A DNA stretch of 64,000 nucleotides from Sulfurimonas sp. (GTDB lineage Bacteria > Campylobacterota > Campylobacteria > Campylobacterales > Sulfurimonadaceae), in contig JALUWT010000018.1 in NCBI GenBank assembly GCA_027019325.1, forward strand, positions 1,296 to 65,295, in the 5' to 3' direction. The notes beneath the pieces were generated by a model. It was not told the origin of the DNA and did not search any database. It was given only the letters and a program-made list of their open reading frames with translations. Positions 17,788 through 27,969 of the stretch are shown here, piece by piece (the first letter of the stretch is position 1; the number at the start of each line of letters is the position of its first letter). Both the position numbers and the translations under genes were made by a program.

Positions 17788-19350
17788 ATGTTAGATCATA
17801 TTTTATCGATTTTAATTTTCTTTCCTGCAGTCGCTGCAGTGTTTGGATTTATGATTCAAAAGGATAGTATGCGGGCTTATGGTGTTGCTGTTGCAGCCAT
17901 TGAGTTTGCACTCTCTTTATGGTTATGGTATGCCTTTGATAACAGTGTTTCAGGTATGCAGTTTATGGAGCATCTTCCTTTAGTTCCTTCTTTTGGTATT
18001 AATTATACTTTAGGAGTGGATGGGATTTCTCTGTTTATTATTATATTGTCAGCATTTTTTACACTGCTTGGAATTGGTTCATTAACAGATACGCCAAATG
18101 TGAAGTATATGATTATTACACTGCTGTTCTTACAGATGACTATGGCAGGGGTATTTGCTGCTCTTGATGCTATTGTTTTTTATGTATTCTGGGAGCTCTC
18201 TTTAGTACCGATGTTGTATATCATTGGTGCGTGGGGTGGCCCGCTTCGTATTTATGCGTCAATTAAGTTTTTCCTCTATACATTTACTGGTTCTTTGGTG
18301 ATGCTTGTCGGTATGCTTTTTATGGCATACTTCTACTATCAGGCAACAGGGACATGGAGTTTTGCGCTTTTAGACTGGTATAGACTTATTCTGCCGGAGA
18401 CTATTCAACTTTGGTTATTTGTCGCTTTTTTCCTAGGTTTTGCTATTAAGGTACCGATGTTTCCATTTCACACTTGGTTACCATATGCACACGGTCAGGC
18501 ACCAACTATCGGTTCTGTAATACTAGCAGCCATTTTACTGAAAATGGGTACATATGCGTTTATTAGATTTTCATTACCGCTTTTCCCGGATGCATCAGCA
18601 TTCTTTATGATTCCAATTGCTGTCATTGCCATTATTATGGTTATCTATACAGCAATGGTTGCATATGCACAAAAGGATATTAAGCAGGTTATCGCATACT
18701 CTTCAATCTCGCACATGGGTATCATTATCTTAGGAACATTTGCACTTAACGTGGAAGGTATCTCCGGATCAATCTTTTTAATGTTGGGTCACGGTGTTGT
18801 TGCAGGGGCTCTGTTCTTGCTTGTTGGTGTTATCTATGATAGACGTCATACAAAAATGATGAGTGAATTTGGCGGTTTGGCACATGTAATGCCACGATAC
18901 GCAACTATCTTCGGTATTATGATGATGGCTTCTGTAGGTATGCCGCTTACAATCAACTTCGTTGGAGAGTTTTTAAGTCTGCTTGGCTTCTATCAACAGT
19001 CTCACATCCTAACTCTTTTAGCAGGTGTTGGTATTATCGTTGGTGCTATCTATATGTTGGCAGCTTATAAAAAAGTTTTCTTTGGTGAAGTGACAAATGA
19101 GAAAAATGAAAACTTACCGGATATTAATAAAAAAGAGCTTTTTGGTCTGATTCCATTGGTTATTGTAGCAATCTGGTTAGGGGTCTATCCAAAGCCGGTA
19201 CTTGGTCCAATTAATAAATCAGTAGAGTCTATTGTACAGTTAATGCATAATAAATCTACAAGTGAATTAGCAAAAGCGAGAATTCCAAATTTGATTAAAA
19301 AAAGAGTTTTAGTTATTAAAAAAACTGTTGTTGAAGAGGAGGTGCGCTAA
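17788..19350 (+). CDS. nuoM: NADH-quinone oxidoreductase subunit M
   Basis: KVPMFPFHTWLPYAH, LLKMGTY and AYSSISHMG. Confidence 0.97.
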   Translation: MLDHILSILIFFPAVAAVFGFMIQKDSMRAYGVAVAAIEFALSLWLWYAFDNSVSGMQFMEHLPLVPSFGINYTLGVDGISLFIIILSAFFTLLGIGSLTDTPNVKYMIITLLFLQMTMAGVFAALDAIVFYVFWELSLVPMLYIIGAWGGPLRIYASIKFFLYTFTGSLVMLVGMLFMAYFYYQATGTWSFALLDWYRLILPETIQLWLFVAFFLGFAIKVPMFPFHTWLPYAHGQAPTIGSVILAAILLKMGTYAFIRFSLPLFPDASAFFMIPIAVIAIIMVIYTAMVAYAQKDIKQVIAYSSISHMGIIILGTFALNVEGISGSIFLMLGHGVVAGALFLLVGVIYDRRHTKMMSEFGGLAHVMPRYATIFGIMMMASVGMPLTINFVGEFLSLLGFYQQSHILTLLAGVGIIVGAIYMLAAYKKVFFGEVTNEKNENLPDINKKELFGLIPLVIVAIWLGVYPKPVLGPINKSVESIVQLMHNKSTSELAKARIPNLIKKRVLVIKKTVVEEEVR

Positions 19351-20858
19351 TGTTGTCGCCAATCAATGTTTCAATGGAGTCATTAAATCTTATGACTCTT
19401 GCCCCAATGCTTATTCCGGTAGTTGGTGCACTGTTAATTCTAGTTATAGATGTAGTTAAAGGCGGTCTGCATAAATCACTTTATGTAGTACTGAGCCTCC
19501 TGTTTTTAGCGATGGATTTTGTAGCTATTGTAGATTCAAGCGGTGTCTTTATGTCAAATGGGACAATGCTCGGTGTTTTTGATGTGATGCTTATTGATGG
19601 ACTTGCTATTTTGGCACAGTTCATTATTGTAGGTGCATCGATGCTGTTCATTCCATTAGCAATGACACACAAACGTTTCCATGAATTTTCATATCCTGAA
19701 TTTTTTGCGCTCTTTTTGTTTATGATTGCAGGCTTTCAGTTTATGGTAGCAACGGACAACCTAATTTTAATATTTGTAGGTTTAGAGACCTCTTCTTTGG
19801 CTCTTTATACCTTAATTGCTATGCATAACCGCGAAAAATCTTTTGAAGCTGCTGTCAAATACTTTACAATGGGTGCACTTGCTGCCGGTTTCTTTAGTTT
19901 CGGTGCAATGATTTTTTATGCGCTTACCGGTTCTGTTGAGATCAATAAAATAGCACTTGTTCTTGCGGCAAACGGATATGCAGATATGGGATTTGTCCTA
20001 GTCGGTGTTGCTTTCTTCTTAGCTGCACTTGGCTTCAAACTCTCTCTCATTCCATTTCACACATGGGCCCCTGATATTTATGAAGGAAGTTCTGCTGCAA
20101 TGGCTGGTTATATGTCAATCGTTCCAAAAATAGCGGGCTTTGTTGTTGCTATGAGACTCTTTGAATTTTTAGTACACAGCCATATTGTATGGCTCGAAAT
20201 CGTTCTGTATATTTTTGTTGTCGTTACGATGACAGCATCAAATATGTGGGCATTAGTGCAGACGGATGTAAAGCGTATGCTTGCTTACTCTTCCATATCT
20301 CACGCAGGTTTTGTAATGTCCGCAATCCTTATAGGTACTACACAGGCAAACTCCGCACTCTTCTTATACTGGATCCTGTTTAGTTTTACAAACCTTGGAT
20401 CATTCTCAATGCTCTGGATGTCACGACAAAAACATCTTCCTGATAACCAAAGTTCAGATCACTCGTATGATAAATTTGCCGGTATGATTAAAACTGCACC
20501 GGTAGCTGCACTTATTATGGGTCTGTTTATGTTAAGTCTTGCAGGAGTTCCTCCATTTGCACTCTTCTGGGGTAAATTGTACTTGATCTCTTCAGCCGTT
20601 ACAAGTGGTTATACAGTTCTTGCACTTATTATGGCACTTAACTCTGCTATAGCAGGATACTACTACTTGAAACTGATAGTATATATGTTTATGAAAGAGC
20701 CGATAATTGCGGATGGTGGCCATGTGTATGTATCCAATGCTACACTTGCACTTAAAACTATTATTGGTATAGCAGCAATAGGAACTATATTTGCTTTTCT
20801 AGCTATAAACCCACTTTTGGAATTTATCACTGCGTTTGTTTATAACAGCGGATATTAG
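19350..20858 (+). CDS. nuoN: NADH-quinone oxidoreductase subunit N
   Basis: EAAVKYF, FKLSLIPFHTWAPDIYEG and KRMLAYSSISHAG. Confidence 0.97.
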   Translation: MLSPINVSMESLNLMTLAPMLIPVVGALLILVIDVVKGGLHKSLYVVLSLLFLAMDFVAIVDSSGVFMSNGTMLGVFDVMLIDGLAILAQFIIVGASMLFIPLAMTHKRFHEFSYPEFFALFLFMIAGFQFMVATDNLILIFVGLETSSLALYTLIAMHNREKSFEAAVKYFTMGALAAGFFSFGAMIFYALTGSVEINKIALVLAANGYADMGFVLVGVAFFLAALGFKLSLIPFHTWAPDIYEGSSAAMAGYMSIVPKIAGFVVAMRLFEFLVHSHIVWLEIVLYIFVVVTMTASNMWALVQTDVKRMLAYSSISHAGFVMSAILIGTTQANSALFLYWILFSFTNLGSFSMLWMSRQKHLPDNQSSDHSYDKFAGMIKTAPVAALIMGLFMLSLAGVPPFALFWGKLYLISSAVTSGYTVLALIMALNSAIAGYYYLKLIVYMFMKEPIIADGGHVYVSNATLALKTIIGIAAIGTIFAFLAINPLLEFITAFVYNSGY

Positions 20859-20890
20859 ACAATAGTATCACTTTTAAAGGAGAAGAGCAT

Positions 20891-23245
20891 TTGTACAAAT
20901 ACATACTCTTAGCCTTTATAAGCCTCAACGCTTTTGCATTGGAAATTTCGATTGACAGTGCAAAAGATGACTTCATAAAATACTCCACTCTTCATATCTC
21001 TGACAACAGTAGTTTTGTCTGTCAGGAACTTAAAGATGATTTTGATGTAACAAAAGAGATTATCTGTGCATTTTCTAAAAAACCATCACAAGAACTTCCA
21101 CACCTTCAAAATAGTTTTTTTAAAGTGAACAGTTTTTCTAAAAAAGAGACTTTTTTTGTCTCAATTAAGCCTGTGTATAAGATAAAACTACTTGCAGATG
21201 TCTTTAACCTGAGTGAAGATGATACTGTTTTTACGGCTGATGTAAAGATTGCAAAACGATGGAGTGTTATAGGCTATAAAGAGAAATTTCCACTTATAAA
21301 GAATGAGCAAAAATCAACACTAGCTATCAATTTTCCGTTCTATCTCGACAAAGATAAACTCCCGTATGTAGGCAGTTTGGACTTAGCTGGTAATCCGGTG
21401 CATATCAAAAAAGTTGAAGACGTAACAGAGTACCTAAAAATTAAAAGATTTTTTTTAAAAAAGAGATATGATGATGCGCTAGATATGATTAATGATGTCT
21501 TGACTGCATATCCAAACACTCTCTTCAAATCAGAACTCAGTTACTATAAGATTAAAATCTATAATAAAACTAAAGATTATGACAATGTTGTAGCGACTGC
21601 CAAAGAGTTTTTGCGTGAGTACTCTTCTGATGAGAATGTTCCAGAAGTCCTTTCTTTGATGGCTAAAGCATATGCAAAAATAGGTCAAAATACAGATGCA
21701 GATTACTTTTTTGACAGACTCTTCAGCGAACATCACGGTAATGTATATGCACAATGGGGATACATCTACAAAGGGGAAATGCTTGCGTCCTCCGGTGCAA
21801 ACCGTGAAGCGATACAGTACTATAAAAAAGCACTCTATGAGACGAAAAGCTTAGAAGTTGCAGCAGCAGCAGCTTATCATTTAACAGAGATATATATGGC
21901 GAATTCGCCAAAACAAGCAGCAAAATATGCTATGAAAATCATCACTGCAAAAGCAGACTTTTTTATGCAAGATATGAAAGCTTCGCAAACTATTATGAAC
22001 ACACTTGCCGATGCCGGTCAATATAAAACAGCAGCAGCCATTGCAAATGCATTGCTGCAGGCAATCGGACCTACTTATGATGAGTATGAAGATCTGCTCA
22101 AAGACAAAGCTTTATGGCTTGCAAAAACAAAAGATAAAAAAGCGGCACTTGAAGCTTTGAACAGTTATATTAAAAAGTTTCCAGATGGTGATTATATTTC
22201 TGCCATTCAAACTGCCAAAGATGGGCTCTTTTTTGATAATGATGAACTCAATGCGACAGCCAAACTGGCTGAATATGATAAGCTCATAGAAGAGTACACA
22301 GGGGACGTTATAGCAGACAAAGCACTCTATGAAAAAGCAAAACTGCTTTTAAAAGAGAAAAAATATGCAGCTGTTCTTGCTCTGCAAAGTGATTTGAAAA
22401 ATCTTGACAGCGATAAGTTTTCTGATGTAGAGAGCATTATTAAAGATGCTGCTAGAGGACTGATGGAAGTATCTTTAAAGGAAAAGAACTGTAAGAACGT
22501 TTTGGTTGTTGCTAATGATTATAATATTACGCTTTCAAACTCCTGGGATGATGGTATTTATGCTTGTGCGATGAAAGGCGGAGATTATCAACTTTCTGCA
22601 TCTATTGCATCAAAAAATCTCAAATCAACAGATATAGAGCTGCGTAAAAAATGGCTCTACAGATATATCAAAGTTGATTTTGCGACAGGTAATTACAGTG
22701 AAGTAGTAGATGCGGCAAAAGATTTAATCACCTTGATAGATAATCTAAAAGCTTCTCCGTATAAAGATGTCTACAGATACCTTTTTGATGCCTATAATCG
22801 CTTAGAACAAAAAGAAAATATGATGAAAGCGATGGTCAAAATAGAAGATATTTTCGGACTAAATTACAGAGATATAGATAGATATGTGGCAATGGTCTCT
22901 TTAGGAAGTGAGCTCAAAGATGATAACATCGTTATCAAATACGCTACTAAAGTGATGCGTATCCAAAAACGCTCAAACTCTTATGCACAAAGTCCTTATG
23001 TAGAATTTACGCTCTATAGCGCATATATGAATAAGAATGATTACAAGCGTGCCTTAGAGGTCATACGTTCATTAGATAGTGTGCAGCTAAATAAAAATGA
23101 GAGAGCAAGACAAAAGTATCTGCTTGGAATGGTTCTAGGTAAACTTTGGAGAGACGCAGATGCTACAAAAGCATATAAAGAGGCCATAGCAGCTGATGCA
23201 AACTCCGCGTGGGCAAAGCTCGCAAAATCAGCTTTAGCACTCTAA
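20891..23245 (+). CDS. pflA: Periplasmic TPR protein, PflA (paralysed flagellum) family
   Basis: Signal peptide, many TPR-like repeats, 784 aa; follows nuoN as pflA does in Campylobacter/Helicobacter. Confidence 0.75.
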   Translation: MYKYILLAFISLNAFALEISIDSAKDDFIKYSTLHISDNSSFVCQELKDDFDVTKEIICAFSKKPSQELPHLQNSFFKVNSFSKKETFFVSIKPVYKIKLLADVFNLSEDDTVFTADVKIAKRWSVIGYKEKFPLIKNEQKSTLAINFPFYLDKDKLPYVGSLDLAGNPVHIKKVEDVTEYLKIKRFFLKKRYDDALDMINDVLTAYPNTLFKSELSYYKIKIYNKTKDYDNVVATAKEFLREYSSDENVPEVLSLMAKAYAKIGQNTDADYFFDRLFSEHHGNVYAQWGYIYKGEMLASSGANREAIQYYKKALYETKSLEVAAAAAYHLTEIYMANSPKQAAKYAMKIITAKADFFMQDMKASQTIMNTLADAGQYKTAAAIANALLQAIGPTYDEYEDLLKDKALWLAKTKDKKAALEALNSYIKKFPDGDYISAIQTAKDGLFFDNDELNATAKLAEYDKLIEEYTGDVIADKALYEKAKLLLKEKKYAAVLALQSDLKNLDSDKFSDVESIIKDAARGLMEVSLKEKNCKNVLVVANDYNITLSNSWDDGIYACAMKGGDYQLSASIASKNLKSTDIELRKKWLYRYIKVDFATGNYSEVVDAAKDLITLIDNLKASPYKDVYRYLFDAYNRLEQKENMMKAMVKIEDIFGLNYRDIDRYVAMVSLGSELKDDNIVIKYATKVMRIQKRSNSYAQSPYVEFTLYSAYMNKNDYKRALEVIRSLDSVQLNKNERARQKYLLGMVLGKLWRDADATKAYKEAIAADANSAWAKLAKSALAL

Positions 23246-23254
23246 AAGATAGTT

Positions 23255-24028
23255 TTAGAGTTCGAGACAGTCGCTGATACTGTAGAGCCCCGGCTCCTTA
23301 TCTGCAAGCCATTTTCCGGCACGGAGTGCTCCTTTGGAAAAAGTGTTGCGTGAGGTTGCTGTGTGGTTAAGTTCAATAAACTCACCATCATTATAAAAAC
23401 CAACAGTATGACGTCCAACGATATCTCCGCCGCGCAGTGCCATAACGGCAATCTCATCTTTGCTACGTTCCCCAATATTTCCATCACGACCGCTTACGCG
23501 CACTTTATCAATATCTAAACCGCGTCCGCGTGCAGCTGATTCACTCAGAGTCAGTGCCGTTCCACTTGGGGCATCTTTTTTATGTCTATGATGCATCTCA
23601 ACAACCTCAATGTCAAAATCTTCCAAGGCTGCAGAAGCCTGATATACAAGTTTGTTCAGTAGTGCTACACCTAAAGACATATTTGTTGCATACAAAACAG
23701 GCATAAGTTCACTAGCCTGTTTTAAAAGATTAAGCTGATGTGAATTGAGCCCTGTTGTTCCGATGACAAGAGGCCTTGGTGTTTTAATAGCCTCTTCTAA
23801 AAGCTTTTCGCAAGCCTCCGGTAGTGAAAAATCAATGATAATGTCACTTGATGCCATAAATGCATGCATATCTGATGTTACGAGAACAGAAGGGTCTATG
23901 GCAAAGTTTAAAGAGTTTCTGACATAAACAGCACTTAAACCCATTCCTTCACTTGATTTTAAATCTTCAATTAGGAGTTTTCCAACGCGCCCGCTTGCTC
24001 CAAATACACCTACTTTAATAGTTGTCAT
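23255..24028 (-). CDS. dapB: 4-hydroxy-tetrahydrodipicolinate reductase
   Basis: GASGRVG, DFS, GTTG and [16 protein letters not shown]. Confidence 0.97.
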   Translation of the reverse strand: MTTIKVGVFGASGRVGKLLIEDLKSSEGMGLSAVYVRNSLNFAIDPSVLVTSDMHAFMASSDIIIDFSLPEACEKLLEEAIKTPRPLVIGTTGLNSHQLNLLKQASELMPVLYATNMSLGVALLNKLVYQASAALEDFDIEVVEMHHRHKKDAPSGTALTLSESAARGRGLDIDKVRVSGRDGNIGERSKDEIAVMALRGGDIVGRHTVGFYNDGEFIELNHTATSRNTFSKGALRAGKWLADKEPGLYSISDCLEL

Positions 24029-24041
24029 TTTTATCCTTCGT

Positions 24042-24989
24042 TTAGTTTAATAGTTCATCAACATAAGAGATAGCGCTCAGTGCTGCCACTGCTCCATCAC
24101 CTGCTGCACTCACAACCTGTTTTGGTGCTTCTATGCGCATATCACCTGCTGCAAAAAGACCAGGTACGGATGTCTTCATACTCAAATCAACGATGAGTTG
24201 CCCCTGTCCGTTTACATCACATAAGAAACTGCCGTCTTCTTGAATAAGTGTCTGATTATTTACATCATTACCGACAAAAGTAAAAACACCGGGAAGTGAA
24301 ATATCTCGAATATTTCCCTCTTTGTCTTTGACTTTAATGCCTGTTACACCCATGGCATCACCATACACTTCATCCGGAACTGAGTTGAGAACGAGTTCTA
24401 TTTTCTCGTTTTCTTCTACACGCTTGACTGTATTTGGTGCTGCTCTAAAAGTATCTCGTCTATGTACAAGATAAACTTTTGAGCAGATTTTAGCGAGATA
24501 GAGCGCTTCTTCGAGTGCAGTGTCACCGCCACCGATAACTGCAACCTCTTTGCCTTTGTAGAAAAAACCATCACAGGTAGCACAGGTACTGACACCCTTA
24601 CCAAAGAACTCATCTTCACCATTAAACCCTGCACGGCGAGGGGATGAACCGGTACAAACGATGACAGAGTGCGCATGAACGATTGTGTCATTAGTTTGAA
24701 TGACAGAGAAGATGTCACCATCTTTGCGTATCTGTTTGATCTCTACCATGTCATGTTTAAGACCAAATTTCTGGCACTGCTCGGGCCATGGCATCATCAG
24801 ATCCATCCCTGTAATGTCACCTGTAACACCTGGGTAGTTCTCTATTTCAGAACTTTGTGTGATTTGACCGCCAGGCATCCCTTTTTCAAACATAGTAACC
24901 TGTTCCAGTCCGCCACGTGTTGTATAGAGTCCTGCTGTAAGACCTGCAGGTCCACCGCCTACAATTGCACAATCCAATATATTACTCAT
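24042..24989 (-). CDS. trxB: Thioredoxin-disulfide reductase
   Basis: GGGPAG, CATCDG, GGGDTA, HRRD and FAAGD. Confidence 0.97.
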   Translation of the reverse strand: MSNILDCAIVGGGPAGLTAGLYTTRGGLEQVTMFEKGMPGGQITQSSEIENYPGVTGDITGMDLMMPWPEQCQKFGLKHDMVEIKQIRKDGDIFSVIQTNDTIVHAHSVIVCTGSSPRRAGFNGEDEFFGKGVSTCATCDGFFYKGKEVAVIGGGDTALEEALYLAKICSKVYLVHRRDTFRAAPNTVKRVEENEKIELVLNSVPDEVYGDAMGVTGIKVKDKEGNIRDISLPGVFTFVGNDVNNQTLIQEDGSFLCDVNGQGQLIVDLSMKTSVPGLFAAGDMRIEAPKQVVSAAGDGAVAALSAISYVDELLN

Positions 24990-25003
24990 ATTTTGTTTCC
25001 TTG

Positions 25004-25495
25004 TTATAAAGTTTTAATATGTTGCGATAATTCATCTAAATTATCAAGTTTACGTATCATACTATCTTGTTTATAAAGAGTCTCTTTTATTCTTTTTATA
25101 AAGAAAATAGAAGGGACTTCATAAATGTTAAAACGCTGAATAAATTTTAGTGATGTATCTGTTCCTGAGCGGATAAAAGTAGTGTTTTTTGAGTTTGGAT
25201 GGATGTTGTTGTAGTAATCGATGGCAATGATAGGGTTGTTGAGATTCAAGTGTGAGAGTTTTTCCATACTTCCTTTATTGCGTGAGGAGTAAAAAACAAC
25301 GATGTACTTCTTTTTTTTGGGTGTAAAAATATCACTTTTTTCATAAAAAGACCACTCTTTAAAATCAATAAATTTATATTTAGAAAATTTGTAGTTAAAG
25401 TAGGCAAAAGCACCAGCTATCATAGCAGCACCAAAGAAAGAAGCTAAAAGAGTTGAAAGCGAAAAGAGGCTTTTGCCTCCTTTGCGTTTTGCCAC
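25004..25495 (-). CDS. Membrane-anchored hypothetical protein, possible redox-inactive thioredoxin-like fold
   Basis: Basic N-terminus, one TM segment, then 'IVVFYS' and 'RFNIYEVPSIFFI' (thioredoxin-like cis-Pro region); no cysteines. Confidence 0.6.
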   Translation of the reverse strand: MAKRKGGKSLFSLSTLLASFFGAAMIAGAFAYFNYKFSKYKFIDFKEWSFYEKSDIFTPKKKKYIVVFYSSRNKGSMEKLSHLNLNNPIIAIDYYNNIHPNSKNTTFIRSGTDTSLKFIQRFNIYEVPSIFFIKRIKETLYKQDSMIRKLDNLDELSQHIKTL

Positions 25496-25513
25496 TCTTT
25501 ACAGCCTTTAAAA

Positions 25514-25834
25514 TTACGCTAAAAGAGCGTCAAGTTTGTCAGCGAATGCTTGTTTAGAAGCAGCACCAACCATTTGATCAACTAACTCACCGTTTTTAAA
25601 GAACATTACAGTAGGAATAGAACGGATTCCGAATTTAACAGCAATCTCTTGCTCTTCATCTGTATTTACTTTACAGACTTTTGCTTTTCCATCGTAATCT
25701 TCAGCTAGTTCTTCGATTACCGGAGCAACCATACGACACGGTCCACACCATGGAGCCCAGAAATCTACTAGTGATACACCTTCTGCAAGTGTTGCTTCAA
25801 AGTTATCAGCAGTTAATTCAATATATTTTCCCAT
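25514..25834 (-). CDS. trxA: Thioredoxin
   Basis: [10 protein letters not shown] and IRSIPT. Confidence 0.98.
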   Translation of the reverse strand: MGKYIELTADNFEATLAEGVSLVDFWAPWCGPCRMVAPVIEELAEDYDGKAKVCKVNTDEEQEIAVKFGIRSIPTVMFFKNGELVDQMVGAASKQAFADKLDALLA

Positions 25835-25977
25835 TAGGATTTCCTTTTACATTTATTGTTTGTTTAGAAGTATTATACATGTGATATTATTAATTACAAC
25901 TTTAGAAAAAGTTTTTAAATTTTTCTATAGGTATTATTTGTATAATTTTGCCAAATAAGTACCTAAAAAGGCTGAGA

Positions 25978-26424
25978 ATGATGGATTTACAAATAACAGA
26001 TGGCAAACTCGGTGTAAGACCTTCTGTTGCCAAACCGCATCCTGGTTTTTTTCATGAAGTGGGTGAAGAGCGTTTTCGTAAGCTGGTACACGACCATTAT
26101 GATGCTATTAAAACAAGTGATATCGCTTTTTTGTTTCCTGTTTTTGATGATGATGATTTTGCTGAAGCGCAGAAGCATGCGGCGGATTTTCTCATAGAGA
26201 TTTCAGGCGGGCCGGATTACTTCACGCAGAGCAGGGGTGAACACCAAATGGTTGGACGCCATGCTCCATTTCGTATTGATGAGAAGGCAAGATATGTGTG
26301 GCTTGAACTTTATCAGCCACTTTTGGCAGAGTTAGAAAACGAGGGAATTTCAGTTGAGTATATCAAATCTTTTTGGGACTATTTGAATATTTTTTCTATG
26401 TGGGTTGTCAATACTGAGAGTTAA
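25978..26424 (+). CDS. Truncated (2/2) haemoglobin, group II-like
   Basis: GGP.Y(F)...RG...M..RH.PF.I....R..WL pattern; B10 Tyr; ATG at 25978/25981 after AAAAGG. Confidence 0.85.
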   Translation: MMDLQITDGKLGVRPSVAKPHPGFFHEVGEERFRKLVHDHYDAIKTSDIAFLFPVFDDDDFAEAQKHAADFLIEISGGPDYFTQSRGEHQMVGRHAPFRIDEKARYVWLELYQPLLAELENEGISVEYIKSFWDYLNIFSMWVVNTES

Positions 26425-27200
26425 AGTTTTAAGAACTTTTTTTCTCTCTTTACAAAGTAGGCACACTCTCTGTAGCCCACTGCTTTTGCCAGTGCTATGA
26501 CCCTTTCATTGTGAAGCCCAACTTGCTCCGGTTTATGCGCATCGGAAGAGAGCGTGATGTCGATGCCGAGTCTAAAAGCCTCTTCTAGTAACTCTTGAGA
26601 CGGATATGCTTCTGCAACCGGTTTTCTATATCCGGCGACATTAATCTCTATAACCATATCGTTTTGTTTTATGGCTACAAGAGCACTCTTGGCAATCTCT
26701 TTAATGCTCTTTTTTGGCATGAATTTAAAAATTTTGATGAGGTCGAGATGCCCGACGATGTCAAACAGTTTTGTTTTTGCCATTGCTTCGATGGTGTCAA
26801 AATATTTTTGCCATATAACATCAATATCTTCATGCTCATAACGGCCTATAAATTCAGGGTTGTCAAAGCCCCATTCATCGATGAAATGCACAGAACCTAT
26901 AAGATAATCTACCTCTGCGTGAAGTACTCTCTCATCCATATGTCCCGGAAGATAATCAACCTCATAGCCCAAAAGAATCTCTATTCTTTCTTTGTAGTTC
27001 TCTTTTGCCTCTTTTACCTCTGTTTCATACTCTTGCATATCTTCAAATTCCATGCGATATTCAGGATCAAAATCCATAGGGGCATGGTCTGAAAATCCAA
27101 AGATTTTTGTCCCGCACTGTATGGCTGCTTCAATGTACTCTTCTATTGATCCCTCAGCATGATTACAAAGCGGTGTGTGGTTGTGTAAATCTACTATCAT
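26421..27200 (-). CDS. PHP-domain histidinol-phosphatase, HisJ family
   Basis: DLHNHT..C.HA, SDH, GSVH, GHLD and SSDAH. Confidence 0.9.
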   Translation of the reverse strand: MIVDLHNHTPLCNHAEGSIEEYIEAAIQCGTKIFGFSDHAPMDFDPEYRMEFEDMQEYETEVKEAKENYKERIEILLGYEVDYLPGHMDERVLHAEVDYLIGSVHFIDEWGFDNPEFIGRYEHEDIDVIWQKYFDTIEAMAKTKLFDIVGHLDLIKIFKFMPKKSIKEIAKSALVAIKQNDMVIEINVAGYRKPVAEAYPSQELLEEAFRLGIDITLSSDAHKPEQVGLHNERVIALAKAVGYRECAYFVKREKKFLKL

Positions 27201-27276
27201 AATTTTTCCGTAATATATTTTATGCTATTATAGTGTGAATTGATAAATTAAACGAATTTTATGATGGAGAACCCTG

Positions 27277-27969
27277 ATGACGCAAGAAGAATTAGATGCA
27301 TTGATGAATGGTGGTATGGATGAACTTTCAGAAGATGAAAGTACTCAAGAAGAGGCAGATGAAGCCACAGAGAGTACAGATACAGAGGCAGAATCTACGG
27401 CTGAAGATATCTTAGAAGAAAATATTAAATCTGCAAAATTACCGCTTCCTGCGACTGATGAAAATAAAATGGTACACCAACTCGATGATGTAACAAAAGA
27501 GAGTGAAGAAAAAGCGAGTGAGATTTTTGACATCATTGAGACGATAAGCAATGAATTAATGGAAAAAGAGGGCTCTCTTAATGTTATTTTAGAAGTGCTT
27601 AACGCTAACATTGTACTTTTTGAAAAATTAAATGAAAAATTCCCTGATGTAGAGAGTTTTCAGACACAGCTTGTAGAGAATAAAAAAGCGGTTGAAGTAG
27701 CCAACGAAACAGTTGAGGTACTTCAAAACAGCGGTGATTCCATTATGAATGTGATGGATATTATGCAATATCAAGATATTCACAGACAAAAAATTGAACG
27801 TGTTATCAATGTAATGCGTGCCCTTTCAAAATATATGAGTACACTCTTTGAAGGTAAAATTGACGATGAAAAACGTGTCGCTTCTGCAACGCATATCGCA
27901 GGTGATACACATAATGATATCGCTTCTACAGAAGATATAGAAGCGCTTCTCGAGCAGTTTGGAAAGTAA
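27277..27969 (+). CDS. cheZ: CheZ-like chemotaxis phosphatase (epsilon type)
   Basis: QYQDIHRQKIERV (DxxxQ), N-terminal MTQEELDALM, C-terminal EDIEALL; synteny with U32-purE. Confidence 0.8.
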   Translation: MTQEELDALMNGGMDELSEDESTQEEADEATESTDTEAESTAEDILEENIKSAKLPLPATDENKMVHQLDDVTKESEEKASEIFDIIETISNELMEKEGSLNVILEVLNANIVLFEKLNEKFPDVESFQTQLVENKKAVEVANETVEVLQNSGDSIMNVMDIMQYQDIHRQKIERVINVMRALSKYMSTLFEGKIDDEKRVASATHIAGDTHNDIASTEDIEALLEQFGK

